Of a stretch of DNA of 64,000 bases, positions 37,787 to 48,568 are shown in pieces. The stretch's first letter is position 1. The number at the start of each line of letters is the position of its first letter. Both the position numbers and the translations under genes were made by a program. The stretch comes from an uncultured virus (IMG/VR IMGVR_UViG_3300032266_000815) (Duplodnaviria; Heunggongvirae; Uroviricota; Caudoviricetes), in the IMG/VR virus record IMGVR_UViG_3300032266_000815, one strand, 5' to 3'. A model generated the notes under the pieces. It did no database searches and was not told where the DNA came from. It was given only the letters and a program-made list of their open reading frames with translations.

Positions 37787-37814
37787 AAAAAAAAGAGGGT
37801 CCCGAAGGACCCTC
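37787..37814 (-). terminator. g23 terminator
   Basis: GAGGGTCC-TTCG-GGACCCTC followed by a T-tract. Confidence 0.92.
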
Positions 37815-37836
37815 CATTAAATATGTGAACTGAAAC

Positions 37837-39225
37837 TCACATTAAGTTGTCTACACGTACACGACGGTAGTAACGGTTTGCATTAGCAAGAAGACGACCA
37901 GAACCCTGAGCAGTACCCTCAGCGAATGGGTTAGCAACCATACCATAACGAGTCTTGAACCCGATTTTTGGTTGGAAGGTGTTCTCACCAACGGCACGAA
38001 CCATTTGGAGAGGAACATAAGGACAATAGAAGAGACCAGCATCATAAGGTGAAGAACCCTTATAACCTACAACGTAATACTGGTTAGCAGATACGTTAGC
38101 AGCATATGGGTCAATGTATACACGATACTTGCCTTGAAGTACACCAGCGAAGGTGTTACCGGTGTCATCAACGTTAAGATTAGCGTTGAGTGCTGGGGTG
38201 TAATCAAGAACGCCTGCCATTGTGAGTGCCGAAGCAACATCAGCGGAGCAGAGGATCATATTACCCTTTCCTCTACGAGTTCTTTGTGCGATTGCGTTAG
38301 CATCACGCTCGATTTGGAAAAGAAGACCCTTGAACTTTTCAACTGACCAACGACCATTAGAATCAACATCAAGGTCAAAGATACCTGCGGTAGCAGTGTT
38401 GACAGCAGCACCTTGCTCAGCAATCTTGTAGATTGTACGAATAACTTCTCTGTTGATTTCCGCAAGGATTTCGGTTGAGAGAATGTTAGCAAGTTCTGCT
38501 TCTGCGTTTAGACCGTGGATTGCCTTGAGGTCTTGTGCGAGTTCTAATGAGTACTCAGCTTTGAGTGCTCTTGACTTCGCAGTAACAGTAACCTTCTCGA
38601 TTGAGAAAGCCATTTCGTTGAACTGATCACCAGTACCAGCACCAAGGTTTTCTGCATCACCAGTATTCATTGCTTGACCAGTAGCATAGCTAGCAGTCGA
38701 TGCGGTTCCAACTGGATTGAGAAGACCTGGATTGCTTCCTGCTGGATTTGAAGTAGTACCGAAACCAGCAACACCATCAGTGAAACCGGCAGTAACATTG
38801 AATCCAGAATCTTGACCAGAGAATGATGTATCTGCTTCGTTGAAGAGTGCTTCAGTTCCAGATTGATTTGCGTAGCGTGAACGCATTGCGAAAATGAGTC
38901 CAGTAGGACCATTCATTGGTTGTACGCCAGCGAGGTCATAAGCGACCAAGTTGGGCATAGAACGACGTATTAAGCTGATTAGAACTGGATCGAAACCTGC
39001 TACGGGACCGGTTGCAGTAGAAGAACCACTGAAACCACCAGTGCCTGCTGACATTGTTGGTGATTCGTAGAGGAATTGATTTTCCTCTCTTAAGAATTTT
39101 TCTTGATTTTCTAACAGGACGGCGGTTACCATTTTGCGATGTGAGTCCTTGATTGAATCAAGACCCTCATAGTTAAGGAGTGGTGCCCACTTCTCCTGCA
39201 GACGTTCCCCATCGAACATTTGCAT
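37837..39225 (-). CDS. g23: Major capsid protein (gp23)
   Basis: LQEKWAPLL, GVQPMNGPTGLIFAMR, AEYSLELAQDLKAIHGL, FYCPYVPL, GFKTRYG. Confidence 0.99.
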   Translation of the reverse strand: MQMFDGERLQEKWAPLLNYEGLDSIKDSHRKMVTAVLLENQEKFLREENQFLYESPTMSAGTGGFSGSSTATGPVAGFDPVLISLIRRSMPNLVAYDLAGVQPMNGPTGLIFAMRSRYANQSGTEALFNEADTSFSGQDSGFNVTAGFTDGVAGFGTTSNPAGSNPGLLNPVGTASTASYATGQAMNTGDAENLGAGTGDQFNEMAFSIEKVTVTAKSRALKAEYSLELAQDLKAIHGLNAEAELANILSTEILAEINREVIRTIYKIAEQGAAVNTATAGIFDLDVDSNGRWSVEKFKGLLFQIERDANAIAQRTRRGKGNMILCSADVASALTMAGVLDYTPALNANLNVDDTGNTFAGVLQGKYRVYIDPYAANVSANQYYVVGYKGSSPYDAGLFYCPYVPLQMVRAVGENTFQPKIGFKTRYGMVANPFAEGTAQGSGRLLANANRYYRRVRVDNLM

Positions 39226-39275
39226 TTGTTTTACCTCTTTTTAAGAAATTGTTAGTTTGATTTATAATTTAAAAA

Positions 39276-40445
39276 TCACTTTTTAGAAACTCGGCTCAGG
39301 GTCTGAAGATAAGAACCCATTACACCAGAAACTGGTTCGTTGTAATTTGCTTCTTCAGATAACATTTCCGAATAATCTCTTTGAGTACCAGTATTTCTTG
39401 GGAAGTACGACTCCCTTAGAGTTACTAGTTTCTCACGATAGTTTGCTTCACTTCCAAACTCAACACTTTCAGATAGGGAAGCGAGTTTATCTTTCTGAGA
39501 AGTCGCTAGACCTTCAGAAACATCACTTAAGATTACATCTGCAACCGACTCTGCTAGTCTTTGGTTTAGAGCAACATTTCTTTCGATTTGCTCGTTGAGT
39601 TTTGTCTCCATTTCATCAAGTTTATCTACCATACTCTCAAGTACATCATATCTATCTTCAGGGATTGTTACATAATGATCTTCAAAAAGACTCTTCATTC
39701 CAGTAAGGAATGATTCAGTCATTTCAGTCTTGAGACCTTGCTCTACTACAAGAGCATTTTCTTGTAGCCATTCGTCAGATACGTACTCAAGATAAGAATC
39801 AACTCTTTCTACGAGTTGTTCTTTCATAGCATCAACTTCTTCGAGAAGTTGAGCTTCATAACGTGTTTCTAATGATTCGTAGATTTCAGAAATCTTAGAA
39901 TTGATTGCTGATTCAAAAATAAGTTTTGCCTTTTCTCTGAATTCTTCAGAAAGTTCTTCACCAGCAAGAAGAGCATCAACATCTTCTTCGATGTTGATTG
40001 ATTCTTCCATTTTCTTTTTCTTTTTCTTGCTTTTATTTTCGTCTTCGTCTTCTTCCTCGTTATCTTCTTCTTCGTTATCTTCTTCGTCTTCCTCGTCGTC
40101 TTCCTCGTCGTCTTCCTTTTTAGCGGCTTCTAAGAGTTCTTCGTCTTCGTCTTCGAGTTCTTCTTTCATCTTCTGCATTGCTTCTGCAGATTTAGCACCC
40201 TTATTTACAACATCTCTAACTTGCTTGAGTGTTGAACCAGGAATATTAAGCTTTGAAGAATCATCATCTGGACGATAATTCTCTGGTGTTGGACCTCCAA
40301 GGTCTTCCCAATCACCAGTTTGACCAGGAGCAATACCTGTAGTCAACTTCTGCATTGGTTCGCTTGCTTTTGCGTTTGCATTTACAGCAGAACGAGATTG
40401 TTTGGTGCCTGTTTCCATTTCTTGTAAGTTCTTACCACGGGACAT
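39276..40445 (-). CDS. g22: Prohead core scaffold (gp22)
   Basis: FREKAKLIFESA, VDSYLEYVSDEW; synteny; TATAAATA at 40482-40489. Confidence 0.93.
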   Translation of the reverse strand: MSRGKNLQEMETGTKQSRSAVNANAKASEPMQKLTTGIAPGQTGDWEDLGGPTPENYRPDDDSSKLNIPGSTLKQVRDVVNKGAKSAEAMQKMKEELEDEDEELLEAAKKEDDEEDDEEDEEDNEEEDNEEEDEDENKSKKKKKKMEESINIEEDVDALLAGEELSEEFREKAKLIFESAINSKISEIYESLETRYEAQLLEEVDAMKEQLVERVDSYLEYVSDEWLQENALVVEQGLKTEMTESFLTGMKSLFEDHYVTIPEDRYDVLESMVDKLDEMETKLNEQIERNVALNQRLAESVADVILSDVSEGLATSQKDKLASLSESVEFGSEANYREKLVTLRESYFPRNTGTQRDYSEMLSEEANYNEPVSGVMGSYLQTLSRVSKK

Positions 40446-40491
40446 TTGATCTCTCCGATTTACCTATGTTAAATCTATATTTATTTATAAT

Positions 40492-41142
40492 TTAAAGATT
40501 TGAAAGAAATTCTTGAAACAAATTAACTTTATGTTCATCAAGAATTTTTTGATCTACAAGAGTATTAATTCTCTTATAAGTTTTTTCTGCTGCCTGTTCT
40601 CTTAAAATTCCACCATCCCATACCCATTCTTTTCCTTCCATAATACCTTGAACAAAGGCATCGGGAGCAGATGGGTCAGCAACAATGTCTGCAGCAGTAG
40701 CTAACATAAAATCTTCACCGACAACTTTACAACCTCCATTTGTTTGAATTAATGAACCAACACCACGAGAAGAAACCCCAAGTGTTACACCTTCACCAAT
40801 TAATGATTGTGCAATCTTTCCCATTGGTGTAGAAAGAAGTTGTGCTCTTCCTCTAAAATTATTTCCTTCACGGACAAGTGAAGTAATCATATGAGAAACA
40901 CGATCTAAATTAATAGATGGACCATCTGGATGTCCAAGTTCTCCAAGGGCACGACCTTTTTGAATGAAACATTCATTATATCTTTTAACTTCACGTTCTA
41001 AAATGTGAACTGGATAACGTCTTTTGTTACGATTTTCTGTATCACCTTGAAGGTAAATTCCTTCAATAAACATTTTTTTAGAAGCACCTCTTCCTTCGGT
41101 GATAAACTTGACTTTTTGTACTTCTTCTGTGATGAGTTTCAT
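40492..41142 (-). CDS. g21: Prohead protease (gp21)
   Basis: MKLITE, ALGELGHP, GVSSRG, DIVADPS. Confidence 0.97.
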   Translation of the reverse strand: MKLITEEVQKVKFITEGRGASKKMFIEGIYLQGDTENRNKRRYPVHILEREVKRYNECFIQKGRALGELGHPDGPSINLDRVSHMITSLVREGNNFRGRAQLLSTPMGKIAQSLIGEGVTLGVSSRGVGSLIQTNGGCKVVGEDFMLATAADIVADPSAPDAFVQGIMEGKEWVWDGGILREQAAEKTYKRINTLVDQKILDEHKVNLFQEFLSNL

Positions 41143-41143
41143 T

Positions 41144-41665
41144 TTAGGTTACTGATGCGGTTTGGACTTCTGCAATACTTACAGTTGTTGCTGCGGGAGC
41201 AAAAACAGAAACTTTTACGCTTCTAGATATAGTTGCATTTGTGACTGCAATTCCAGTTACAGGTGTACTATTCCAACCTAGTGTAACTGATGATGTATTT
41301 GATGCAGTCACTTGGGTATGAGATGTATTTACTCCAGATGGAGAACCACCAGAGATTGTTACATAATCACCAACTATAAATGGATTTCCATTATTTTCAC
41401 CAAATTCAACAACTGTTGTTGTTCCTGTAGTAATACCTAAAATTCTTTGTCTTGCAACTCTTTGTTTCAAAATATCAGAACTATTTGGAACAATCATAAA
41501 ATCATTTGTAGTTGCTACTGGATTTTCAGAAATCTGAATATAAGCAGCAGTTGTCCCACAAGAAACACGAAGATATCCAGATTGAAGAGAAATTGCATTA
41601 GATGTTGTTGTTGTTGCAGCAGCAACACTAACAGCATTAACTGTTTGTACAATTCTAAAAGCCAT
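41144..41665 (-). CDS. Hypothetical virion protein
   Basis: Thr/Val/Ser-rich ORF in the head cluster. Confidence 0.7.
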   Translation of the reverse strand: MAFRIVQTVNAVSVAAATTTTSNAISLQSGYLRVSCGTTAAYIQISENPVATTNDFMIVPNSSDILKQRVARQRILGITTGTTTVVEFGENNGNPFIVGDYVTISGGSPSGVNTSHTQVTASNTSSVTLGWNSTPVTGIAVTNATISRSVKVSVFAPAATTVSIAEVQTASVT

Positions 41666-41874
41666 TAGACTTCTTCCTCATCTTCCTCGTATTCGTCGTC
41701 ACTATCTTCATCTTCGTAATTTTCTGTGCCTTCTTCTCCAAAAAGACTAGAAGCAACATAAGGTTTTGCTGCATCTACTCTTTCTGCACTTTTTGCAAAA
41801 AGAATATCTTTAATTCTATCTGCAATTTGTGAAGGAGATCCATCAGAAACAATCATATCTACTAAATCGTCCAT
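41665..41874 (-). CDS. Small acidic prohead core-like protein
   Basis: Acidic tail; position between g20 and g21. Confidence 0.65.
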   Translation of the reverse strand: MDDLVDMIVSDGSPSQIADRIKDILFAKSAERVDAAKPYVASSLFGEEGTENYEDEDSDDEYEEDEEEV

Positions 41875-41905
41875 ATTGTTATAATGTATAATAACTAAAA
41901 ACTAT

Positions 41906-43591
41906 TTATATCTCTCCGCCTTTCGGCATTTGTACTTCTGTTGCTTTTCCTTGTTTTTCTAAATCTGGTTCCATCATTGGTTGTCCTAAATTCATTCCAC
42001 CAGAGGTATCTTGCATAGGCATTCCGGTATTTGGATCAACTTGAAGTTGACTTGGATCTGGAATAATACCTGCTTCGATTTCTTTTTTGATTTGTTTGTC
42101 TATTTCTATCATTTCTGTATCAGATTGTTTCAATACTTTATTTCTTATATACTCGGCAGAGAAATATCTACCAATATAAGGTTCCATTGCAGCAACAACA
42201 CCAAGTTGGTCATTTAACAGTTCATTATTTTTTAAATCTGAAAAATGATTATCATAAACATAATCATATTGAATATGTTCTCTCAAAACTTCCCAATCTT
42301 CTGGAGTTACAATATTTTTAAGAATAAGTTGAGTTTTTAACATATCGTTAAAAACATCAGAAAATCTTTTTCTAAGTCTTCCTACAAATTTAGTAAACTT
42401 AAGTTCATCTCTTAAAATTTCAGAAGAACGTCCAAGATTAAATCCACCACCACCAATATCAATTCGACTTGATGGTACATTTAGTGACTTATAAAGTTTC
42501 TTTTGGAAATACTCAATATCAGCAAGTTCTCCAAGATTTTGACCACCAGGAAGAGTTGTGATTTCAGTTCCTCTGCCACCTTCTCTTCTTGGTAACCAAA
42601 AATCCTCAAGCATCGCCATATACTTGCGATCATCTTTGATTTCTCCAGTATCAGCATTATAAACCAACTTATTGCGATAACGATTCATTACATCACGAAG
42701 ATATTGTTCTGCCTTAATCTTTGGAAGATTGCCAACATCAATATAGAAAATTCTACGTTCTGGTGCTCTTGATAGTCTATAAATCACAAGACTATCTTCA
42801 ATCATTCTTAATTGATTGAGTGCTTTGATTGCTTTGTGAAGATAGGAAAGAATAGTTTGTTTATTTCTATCCACAAGACCTGACGTTACAAAAGTAATAG
42901 CATCTTTTGTTATTTTTACACTTTTTGAATCATTTCGGAAAGATATAGAACCACCTGTTCCCATTGAAGCATTTGGATCATAAAGATAATATTCTTCAAT
43001 TTTTGGTGCTTGGTAAATATCAATTGAATTTTTACTTCCACCTAAAGGAGTTGGAAAATTAGCATTTGGTCCAGTTTGTTCTGCCTTACGAATAAAACGA
43101 ATTTTGAGTGGATCGATATATCTTATTTCTTGAATACCAGCAGAAGGATTTTTTAGGTCAATTACCTTGTGATAAAAAATCCTTCCATCTACATACCAAT
43201 TTCTAAAAATTTCGTGTGATTTTCTATCAAAGTCCATAATTTCTTTAATGGACTTAAATTCATCACGAATGATTTGTTTTAATTTATCTGATGCTGGAAG
43301 ATTTGAAAGTTCAATTTCTACTGGAGAATCATTCAAATCTGATACGATTGCTTCATTTACAACATCTTCAATAGCACTATCACACTCTGGGTGTAGTGCC
43401 ATTTCACGATATCTTCTTACAAGATCTTGTTCGCTCTTATATACACCCTCAATATCTACATATTGGCCATAAAAACCACTCTGAATATAAAAGTCTGATT
43501 TATCTTCCTCATTTGAAGGTACTGGAGAGACAAGTTTTTTCGACTTATCTACTCCAGTATCCTGTATTTTAAATCCAAATAACTTAGCCAT
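41906..43591 (-). CDS. g20: Portal protein (gp20)
   Basis: WYVDGR, YRLSRAPERRIFYIDVGNLP, EDFWLPRREGGRGTEI. Confidence 0.99.
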   Translation of the reverse strand: MAKLFGFKIQDTGVDKSKKLVSPVPSNEEDKSDFYIQSGFYGQYVDIEGVYKSEQDLVRRYREMALHPECDSAIEDVVNEAIVSDLNDSPVEIELSNLPASDKLKQIIRDEFKSIKEIMDFDRKSHEIFRNWYVDGRIFYHKVIDLKNPSAGIQEIRYIDPLKIRFIRKAEQTGPNANFPTPLGGSKNSIDIYQAPKIEEYYLYDPNASMGTGGSISFRNDSKSVKITKDAITFVTSGLVDRNKQTILSYLHKAIKALNQLRMIEDSLVIYRLSRAPERRIFYIDVGNLPKIKAEQYLRDVMNRYRNKLVYNADTGEIKDDRKYMAMLEDFWLPRREGGRGTEITTLPGGQNLGELADIEYFQKKLYKSLNVPSSRIDIGGGGFNLGRSSEILRDELKFTKFVGRLRKRFSDVFNDMLKTQLILKNIVTPEDWEVLREHIQYDYVYDNHFSDLKNNELLNDQLGVVAAMEPYIGRYFSAEYIRNKVLKQSDTEMIEIDKQIKKEIEAGIIPDPSQLQVDPNTGMPMQDTSGGMNLGQPMMEPDLEKQGKATEVQMPKGGEI

Positions 43592-43616
43592 TAATAATTA
43601 AATCAGTTTCTACTAT

Positions 43617-44246
43617 TTATGAGGTTGTTCCAAGTTGAGTTGTCCCATCACCATCAAGAGCATCCCACCATTGAACCTGAAGATCTACTGTAAATTCTTC
43701 GATTGTATCTGCAGAATCATAAGAAAGATCAATCGCACTTACAGAAGTTGGGAATACTCCATAGAATTTATACTGCTTTAGTACAGGAATTCCCAGAGCA
43801 GATGTTGCGCTAGCACCAGATATTGATGCTTTACCAAATTGTTTAACATAAACATCTTTTTGGTAATCAGATGGATTAGTTAATCCAGCATTATCTTGAT
43901 GTTTGTTGATAAGATTCATCCATCTTTCAAAAGCATTTCTTATTTCGAATCCAGTATCATTAATTACAGTAATTGTCCAAGGATCAAAAGTACGATCTCC
44001 AGCAATTTTAAGATTTCTTCCTCTAAAGGGAACATCAATGATGCCTAGTGTTGATGCAGGAAGTGATGCTGCTTTTACTAAAAATCTAGTTTTATCGGAA
44101 AGTGTATCTGGTGTAGATCCTGTTGGAAGCGACTCGGCAGGAAAATTAAGTTCACATTCAAATAAATTGGGTCTTGTTCCGCCCCCAGTCATTCTGGCCT
44201 TGAAAGTTTCAAGAGTTCTATCAGCTGTACTTTGATTGTTAGCCAT
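43617..44246 (-). CDS. g19: Tail tube protein (gp19)
   Basis: RPNLFE, FRGRNLKIAGDRTFDPWTITV, IEEFTV. Confidence 0.96.
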   Translation of the reverse strand: MANNQSTADRTLETFKARMTGGGTRPNLFECELNFPAESLPTGSTPDTLSDKTRFLVKAASLPASTLGIIDVPFRGRNLKIAGDRTFDPWTITVINDTGFEIRNAFERWMNLINKHQDNAGLTNPSDYQKDVYVKQFGKASISGASATSALGIPVLKQYKFYGVFPTSVSAIDLSYDSADTIEEFTVDLQVQWWDALDGDGTTQLGTTS

Positions 44247-44267
44247 TTAAGAGTTCCTCTATTAGAT

Positions 44268-46670
44268 TTAAACGTTTCCTACAACTTCCTCAAAGCTTAC
44301 TCCTGTGCGAGTAGCAACAAAAGTAAGTCCAATAAAGTTGATAGATCTAGCTGGTTTTACAAAAATATCAGCTTTAAACTGATTCGAATCAATTATATCT
44401 GGAGTATTATTTGTATTATCACAAATAACTACAAAGTCACTAATACCTCTTTTTGATTTTACATCACGAAGATATGGTTCAACAATATTTACAAAATTGG
44501 ATCTTGTAATTATATCATTAAACTCGAAAAGTTGTGCTCTTGCTGCTCTTTCAATTGTCGATTCAAGTGTAAGGAATAGACGACGAACATTGATTCTATC
44601 AAATGCAGAAGCATAAGATAATGCGGTTTTGTCACCAAAAAGAATAATTCCAGCACCAGGAGAAAATATAATAGGATTAATTCTCTTAGGATAAAGAAGA
44701 TCTCTCTGTCCTTGAGATGGATTGTAAGCAAGTTTCACTGCACCATTAATTGTTCCTCTAGAAGAACCAGCAGGAGAGAACCACGAATATTGATTGATTG
44801 ATGTTCTAGCCATTAATCCGGCAACATCCGCATTGCAAGGAATATATCTGAACGTGTTGTTGAAACGATCAAACATGTACTTATAACCACTGTCAAATAC
44901 TGCATAAGAACTTGAGGTTATAGGATCAAAGAAATTAATAATATTTGTAGTTTGAGTGTCAGTACTTGTAATATTCAAAACCCCTGATTTGTGAGGAGAA
45001 ATTACAGCAATACAATCTTTTCTTTCTTCAGCAATTGAAATTAACAAATTAGCCTTTGCTTGGGATTCATAAATTGAAGATCCACCAGATGGTCCACTGA
45101 TTAAGAAATTAACAGAATATTCTGCAGGATTTCTGAAAATTTCATAAGAAGAAATAATATTTGATAATGTTGGAGCCATTCCTCCAGGGGTACTATAATC
45201 AACCCCACCAACTAAATTGTAAGTCACATTTCCAGATCCAGAGAATGTTACTCCTTGAGCATTTGCTCCCCAATTTCCTGTTGAGGAATTTGTATATGAA
45301 GAAGGAGAAATAAATCCAGTTGCAGATCCAGTAGGAGCAAACCCAGCAAAAATATAATTTGAGGTGTCTGCAATAATATTCTTATAATATACAGACTCTG
45401 ATGGAGATATTTTTCCATCAAGTGCTTTAGAGAGATATGTATATTTTTCAACAATATTTCCAGCAGTTCCTGTTACTAGTCCAGTATCATCAACAACTAC
45501 TATGTGAACTTCATCATTTTTTGAACTTCTTTCTGAAGCATACTGTGATGTAGTTGGTTTTTCTGCAATTGATTTCCAATAAATTGTAGTATTGGTCAAT
45601 CCTAAAGTTTGTAAATTGTACCAATCTGAAACCGTAATTGCTGAAGATCCACTAGTAGCAAAATCAAATGCAGTTCCAGCGGCAACTGAAGAAACAAACT
45701 GAACATTTGTTCCAACACCAGATGCACCAGAATTAATCAAAATAGTATTTTGTGTAGCACCATTTATACTTGTTGTTCCAATTCCAGTAATTGTACTTTG
45801 ATTTACAATACCTGCAGTGATGGTTTGAATTTTATAACCAACAGAAACACCAGAAGTGGGAAGATTTTGAGTGAGAGAAATTGGATTGATTACTGTAGAA
45901 CCAGTACTCACAGAACCATAAAATCTATTTGCTTCAATTGAAGTAGTAACTCCAGAAGTATTCTTAATATAATAAGATCCAGTTTGTGATGGGAAAGAAT
46001 TTATACTATTTTGACTATATGATACGGCACTTGCAATTCCAAGTGAGTTATCATATCGATCAGTTACTTTTACATCAATATATTGATCGCCAATCTTTGT
46101 AATAATACCTTTCAGATTCCCAGTAACTACGGAAGCAGTTCCAACACCAGCAACTGAGGTATTGACTCCAACAGTAACACCGAAACCAACAGATAACCCA
46201 AAAGTACCAATAGCAATCCTTTGATCTGCAGCAGCATCAATTACACATACCTTTAAGTTATTTGCCCAAGAACCTGGATTCTTTGCACTATAATACCAAG
46301 TAGATGGTGTAGTGTAACTATTTGTATAGTCTTCGTATGATTTAACTTTGAGAGTAACAGAATCTGCAGAAACCCCAGCATTAGCATTATTTAATGTTGT
46401 TCCATCTGTTCTTACGACTCTCAAAATACCACCATACGAAAGATAAGATGAAGCACTCATCCAATATTCATATTGAGAATCAGTAGATAATGGTTTTCCA
46501 AAATATTTCAATAAATCTTGTTCTGTTTCTACTAAAATTGGATAATCTACTGGACCTTGAGAAAATGGTCCAACTATTGCTCCAACTTGATCATTAATAG
46601 CATCAACTCTTCCAATAGTTAAATCAACTTCTCTTACCCTAATGCCCGGAGATACTAAATTTAGCGACAT
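44268..46670 (-). CDS. g18: Tail sheath protein (gp18)
   Basis: SPGIRVREVDLT, WFSPAG, FDRINVRRLF, KPARSINFI; TATAAATA at 46708-46715. Confidence 0.97.
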   Translation of the reverse strand: MSLNLVSPGIRVREVDLTIGRVDAINDQVGAIVGPFSQGPVDYPILVETEQDLLKYFGKPLSTDSQYEYWMSASSYLSYGGILRVVRTDGTTLNNANAGVSADSVTLKVKSYEDYTNSYTTPSTWYYSAKNPGSWANNLKVCVIDAAADQRIAIGTFGLSVGFGVTVGVNTSVAGVGTASVVTGNLKGIITKIGDQYIDVKVTDRYDNSLGIASAVSYSQNSINSFPSQTGSYYIKNTSGVTTSIEANRFYGSVSTGSTVINPISLTQNLPTSGVSVGYKIQTITAGIVNQSTITGIGTTSINGATQNTILINSGASGVGTNVQFVSSVAAGTAFDFATSGSSAITVSDWYNLQTLGLTNTTIYWKSIAEKPTTSQYASERSSKNDEVHIVVVDDTGLVTGTAGNIVEKYTYLSKALDGKISPSESVYYKNIIADTSNYIFAGFAPTGSATGFISPSSYTNSSTGNWGANAQGVTFSGSGNVTYNLVGGVDYSTPGGMAPTLSNIISSYEIFRNPAEYSVNFLISGPSGGSSIYESQAKANLLISIAEERKDCIAVISPHKSGVLNITSTDTQTTNIINFFDPITSSSYAVFDSGYKYMFDRFNNTFRYIPCNADVAGLMARTSINQYSWFSPAGSSRGTINGAVKLAYNPSQGQRDLLYPKRINPIIFSPGAGIILFGDKTALSYASAFDRINVRRLFLTLESTIERAARAQLFEFNDIITRSNFVNIVEPYLRDVKSKRGISDFVVICDNTNNTPDIIDSNQFKADIFVKPARSINFIGLTFVATRTGVSFEEVVGNV

Positions 46671-46726
46671 GTCTTTCCCTCTAAAGAAGTTTCATTTTGT
46701 CTAGAAGTATTTATAATTTACTAACT

Positions 46727-48376
46727 TTATCTATACTCCCACATGTACGAAACATCTCCATACTCGTCTGTATACCATCTATCTCCATCATTGTCTACAA
46801 AGGTTGTCTCTTCATCAATCCCATCAGTAATAAAACCAAACGGAGACATATCTTGTTCTATTTGTTCTTTTTGATCTTCATATATTCTTTTACGGACATC
46901 ATTATCGGTCATTTCCTTAAAATAATCCTGAACAACTAACCAAGCAAAAATAACTAAACACATTACCAAATCATCATTACAACCCTCCTCTGCTTCAAAT
47001 GATTGATTTTTTTGAATAAATGTGGTTAGTTCACTAATAATTTCATAATCACTAAAGATTAGTTTATCATCTTCTATGATTGTTTTTAAATTTGAGCATC
47101 CAACTCTTTTTACTGTTTTGGACATTTTTACACCAAGTTGAGTTTTCTTTCCAGAAAATCCTTGTCCAACAAGTTGTCCTGCTCTTCCTCTCATCGCACA
47201 CATTAAAATATTATCATATTCTAAATCAAAATGAAGAATACTTGTAACTTGTTCTCCAATATCATTTACTTCTGCTAATACAAATGATTTATTGTATGCT
47301 TTTGCTACATCTATAATAATATTTGGAAATAGCATTGGTTTAATTTCATTATTACGATATTTTGCTACTATCTTATACGGAAAAGTAGATATATCAAAAA
47401 CAACAAATGCAGAATAATCATTATTCAGTCCTCTAGATACGTCAACAGTCATGATATAAGTATGATCCTCTTTTGGTTCTTCATAAACATCTAAACCACC
47501 ACTTTTTTCTAATGGTTCATCATAAACCAAAGTTTTTATTTTTGATGGATTAATCAAAGTTCCAATAGAACCCAAAAATTCACATAAAAATTCTACAGCA
47601 AATTGTTGCTCGCTTGTATTTTCAATTGTTTGTTTTTTCCAATTTTCATCTCTTCCTGGAACTTCAGACCAATGAACTTCTGTAGGAATATATTGATTTT
47701 TTCTTCTTTCGGCATCATGCCAAATTTTATAAAAATGATTCATCCCGTGAGGGGTAGAAACAATAATCAATTTAGTTGATTGACCAGAAGAAATAGTAGG
47801 ATAAACAGAGCTGAAAAACTCGTCAGCAATATGATTAGGAACAAACGCAAATTCGTCCAGAAAGATAATATTATAAGAACCACCACGGACAGCAGAGGCA
47901 GAAGTAGAAGCCGCAAGAATTTTTGATCCATTCTCCAACTCTAATGATCCCTTATTCCATATAAGAACGCCTTGCTGCATCCATTTTGGAAGATTTTCAT
48001 ATGCTAACTGAAGTCGTCCAAGAAGGTCTCTAGCAGTAGACGCTTTATTAGCAAGAATCGCAATATTGACGTTATCATTAAATATTGCGTAATGAAGTAA
48101 ATAAGCAACGACAGTGGTAGATTTGCCAGATTGTCTGGGCATCTTGCAGACGTTAAATCTATTATCATGGAAATTTTTGATGAGTTTTTCTTGAAACTTG
48201 TACATCTTAAATGACACAAGACCATGATCAAGAGAAACAATTTTTATATAATTTTTTGCAAAATATACAGGATCTTTTTTACACTTTATGAATTGTTCAA
48301 TTTGGTCTTTGGTAAATTCTATCGGCGTATTTGCCTTCTTTAATAGAGGATTACCCAAATATTGATCGTTACTCAT
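46727..48376 (-). CDS. g17: Terminase large subunit (gp17)
   Basis: YLGNPLLK, RQSGKS, LDEFAF, STPHG, DDLVM. Confidence 0.98.
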   Translation of the reverse strand: MSNDQYLGNPLLKKANTPIEFTKDQIEQFIKCKKDPVYFAKNYIKIVSLDHGLVSFKMYKFQEKLIKNFHDNRFNVCKMPRQSGKSTTVVAYLLHYAIFNDNVNIAILANKASTARDLLGRLQLAYENLPKWMQQGVLIWNKGSLELENGSKILAASTSASAVRGGSYNIIFLDEFAFVPNHIADEFFSSVYPTISSGQSTKLIIVSTPHGMNHFYKIWHDAERRKNQYIPTEVHWSEVPGRDENWKKQTIENTSEQQFAVEFLCEFLGSIGTLINPSKIKTLVYDEPLEKSGGLDVYEEPKEDHTYIMTVDVSRGLNNDYSAFVVFDISTFPYKIVAKYRNNEIKPMLFPNIIIDVAKAYNKSFVLAEVNDIGEQVTSILHFDLEYDNILMCAMRGRAGQLVGQGFSGKKTQLGVKMSKTVKRVGCSNLKTIIEDDKLIFSDYEIISELTTFIQKNQSFEAEEGCNDDLVMCLVIFAWLVVQDYFKEMTDNDVRKRIYEDQKEQIEQDMSPFGFITDGIDEETTFVDNDGDRWYTDEYGDVSYMWEYR

Positions 48377-48379
48377 TAT

Positions 48380-48568
48380 TTATTCCACCTTAAACTGATC
48401 TAAACCAATCTCTATTAATGTTTCTTGTTGTTTAAAATATAACTTCACATAACACTTACAAATATTTTTTAGCAACTCAATATTTGTACAAGCATCCAGT
48501 TCTCTTGAGATTTTTTCATATTCAAATATCTTACTTAAATTTTCAAGTTCAATAGTTTTTGGTTCCAT
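48380..48568 (-). CDS. Small hypothetical protein
   Basis: Likely start MEPKTIEL with GGAG RBS. Confidence 0.65.
   Translation of the reverse strand: MEPKTIELENLSKIFEYEKISRELDACTNIELLKNICKCYVKLYFKQQETLIEIGLDQFKVE

Noticed and set aside
40010..40170. TCTTCG/TCTTCC-type short repeats
   Set aside because: They encode the Asp/Glu-rich tract of gp22; no spacer structure, not CRISPR
7526..48376. Introns or inteins in nrdA, nrdB, g41, g43, g20, g17
   Set aside because: All are continuous ORFs of ordinary length with no evident splicing motifs
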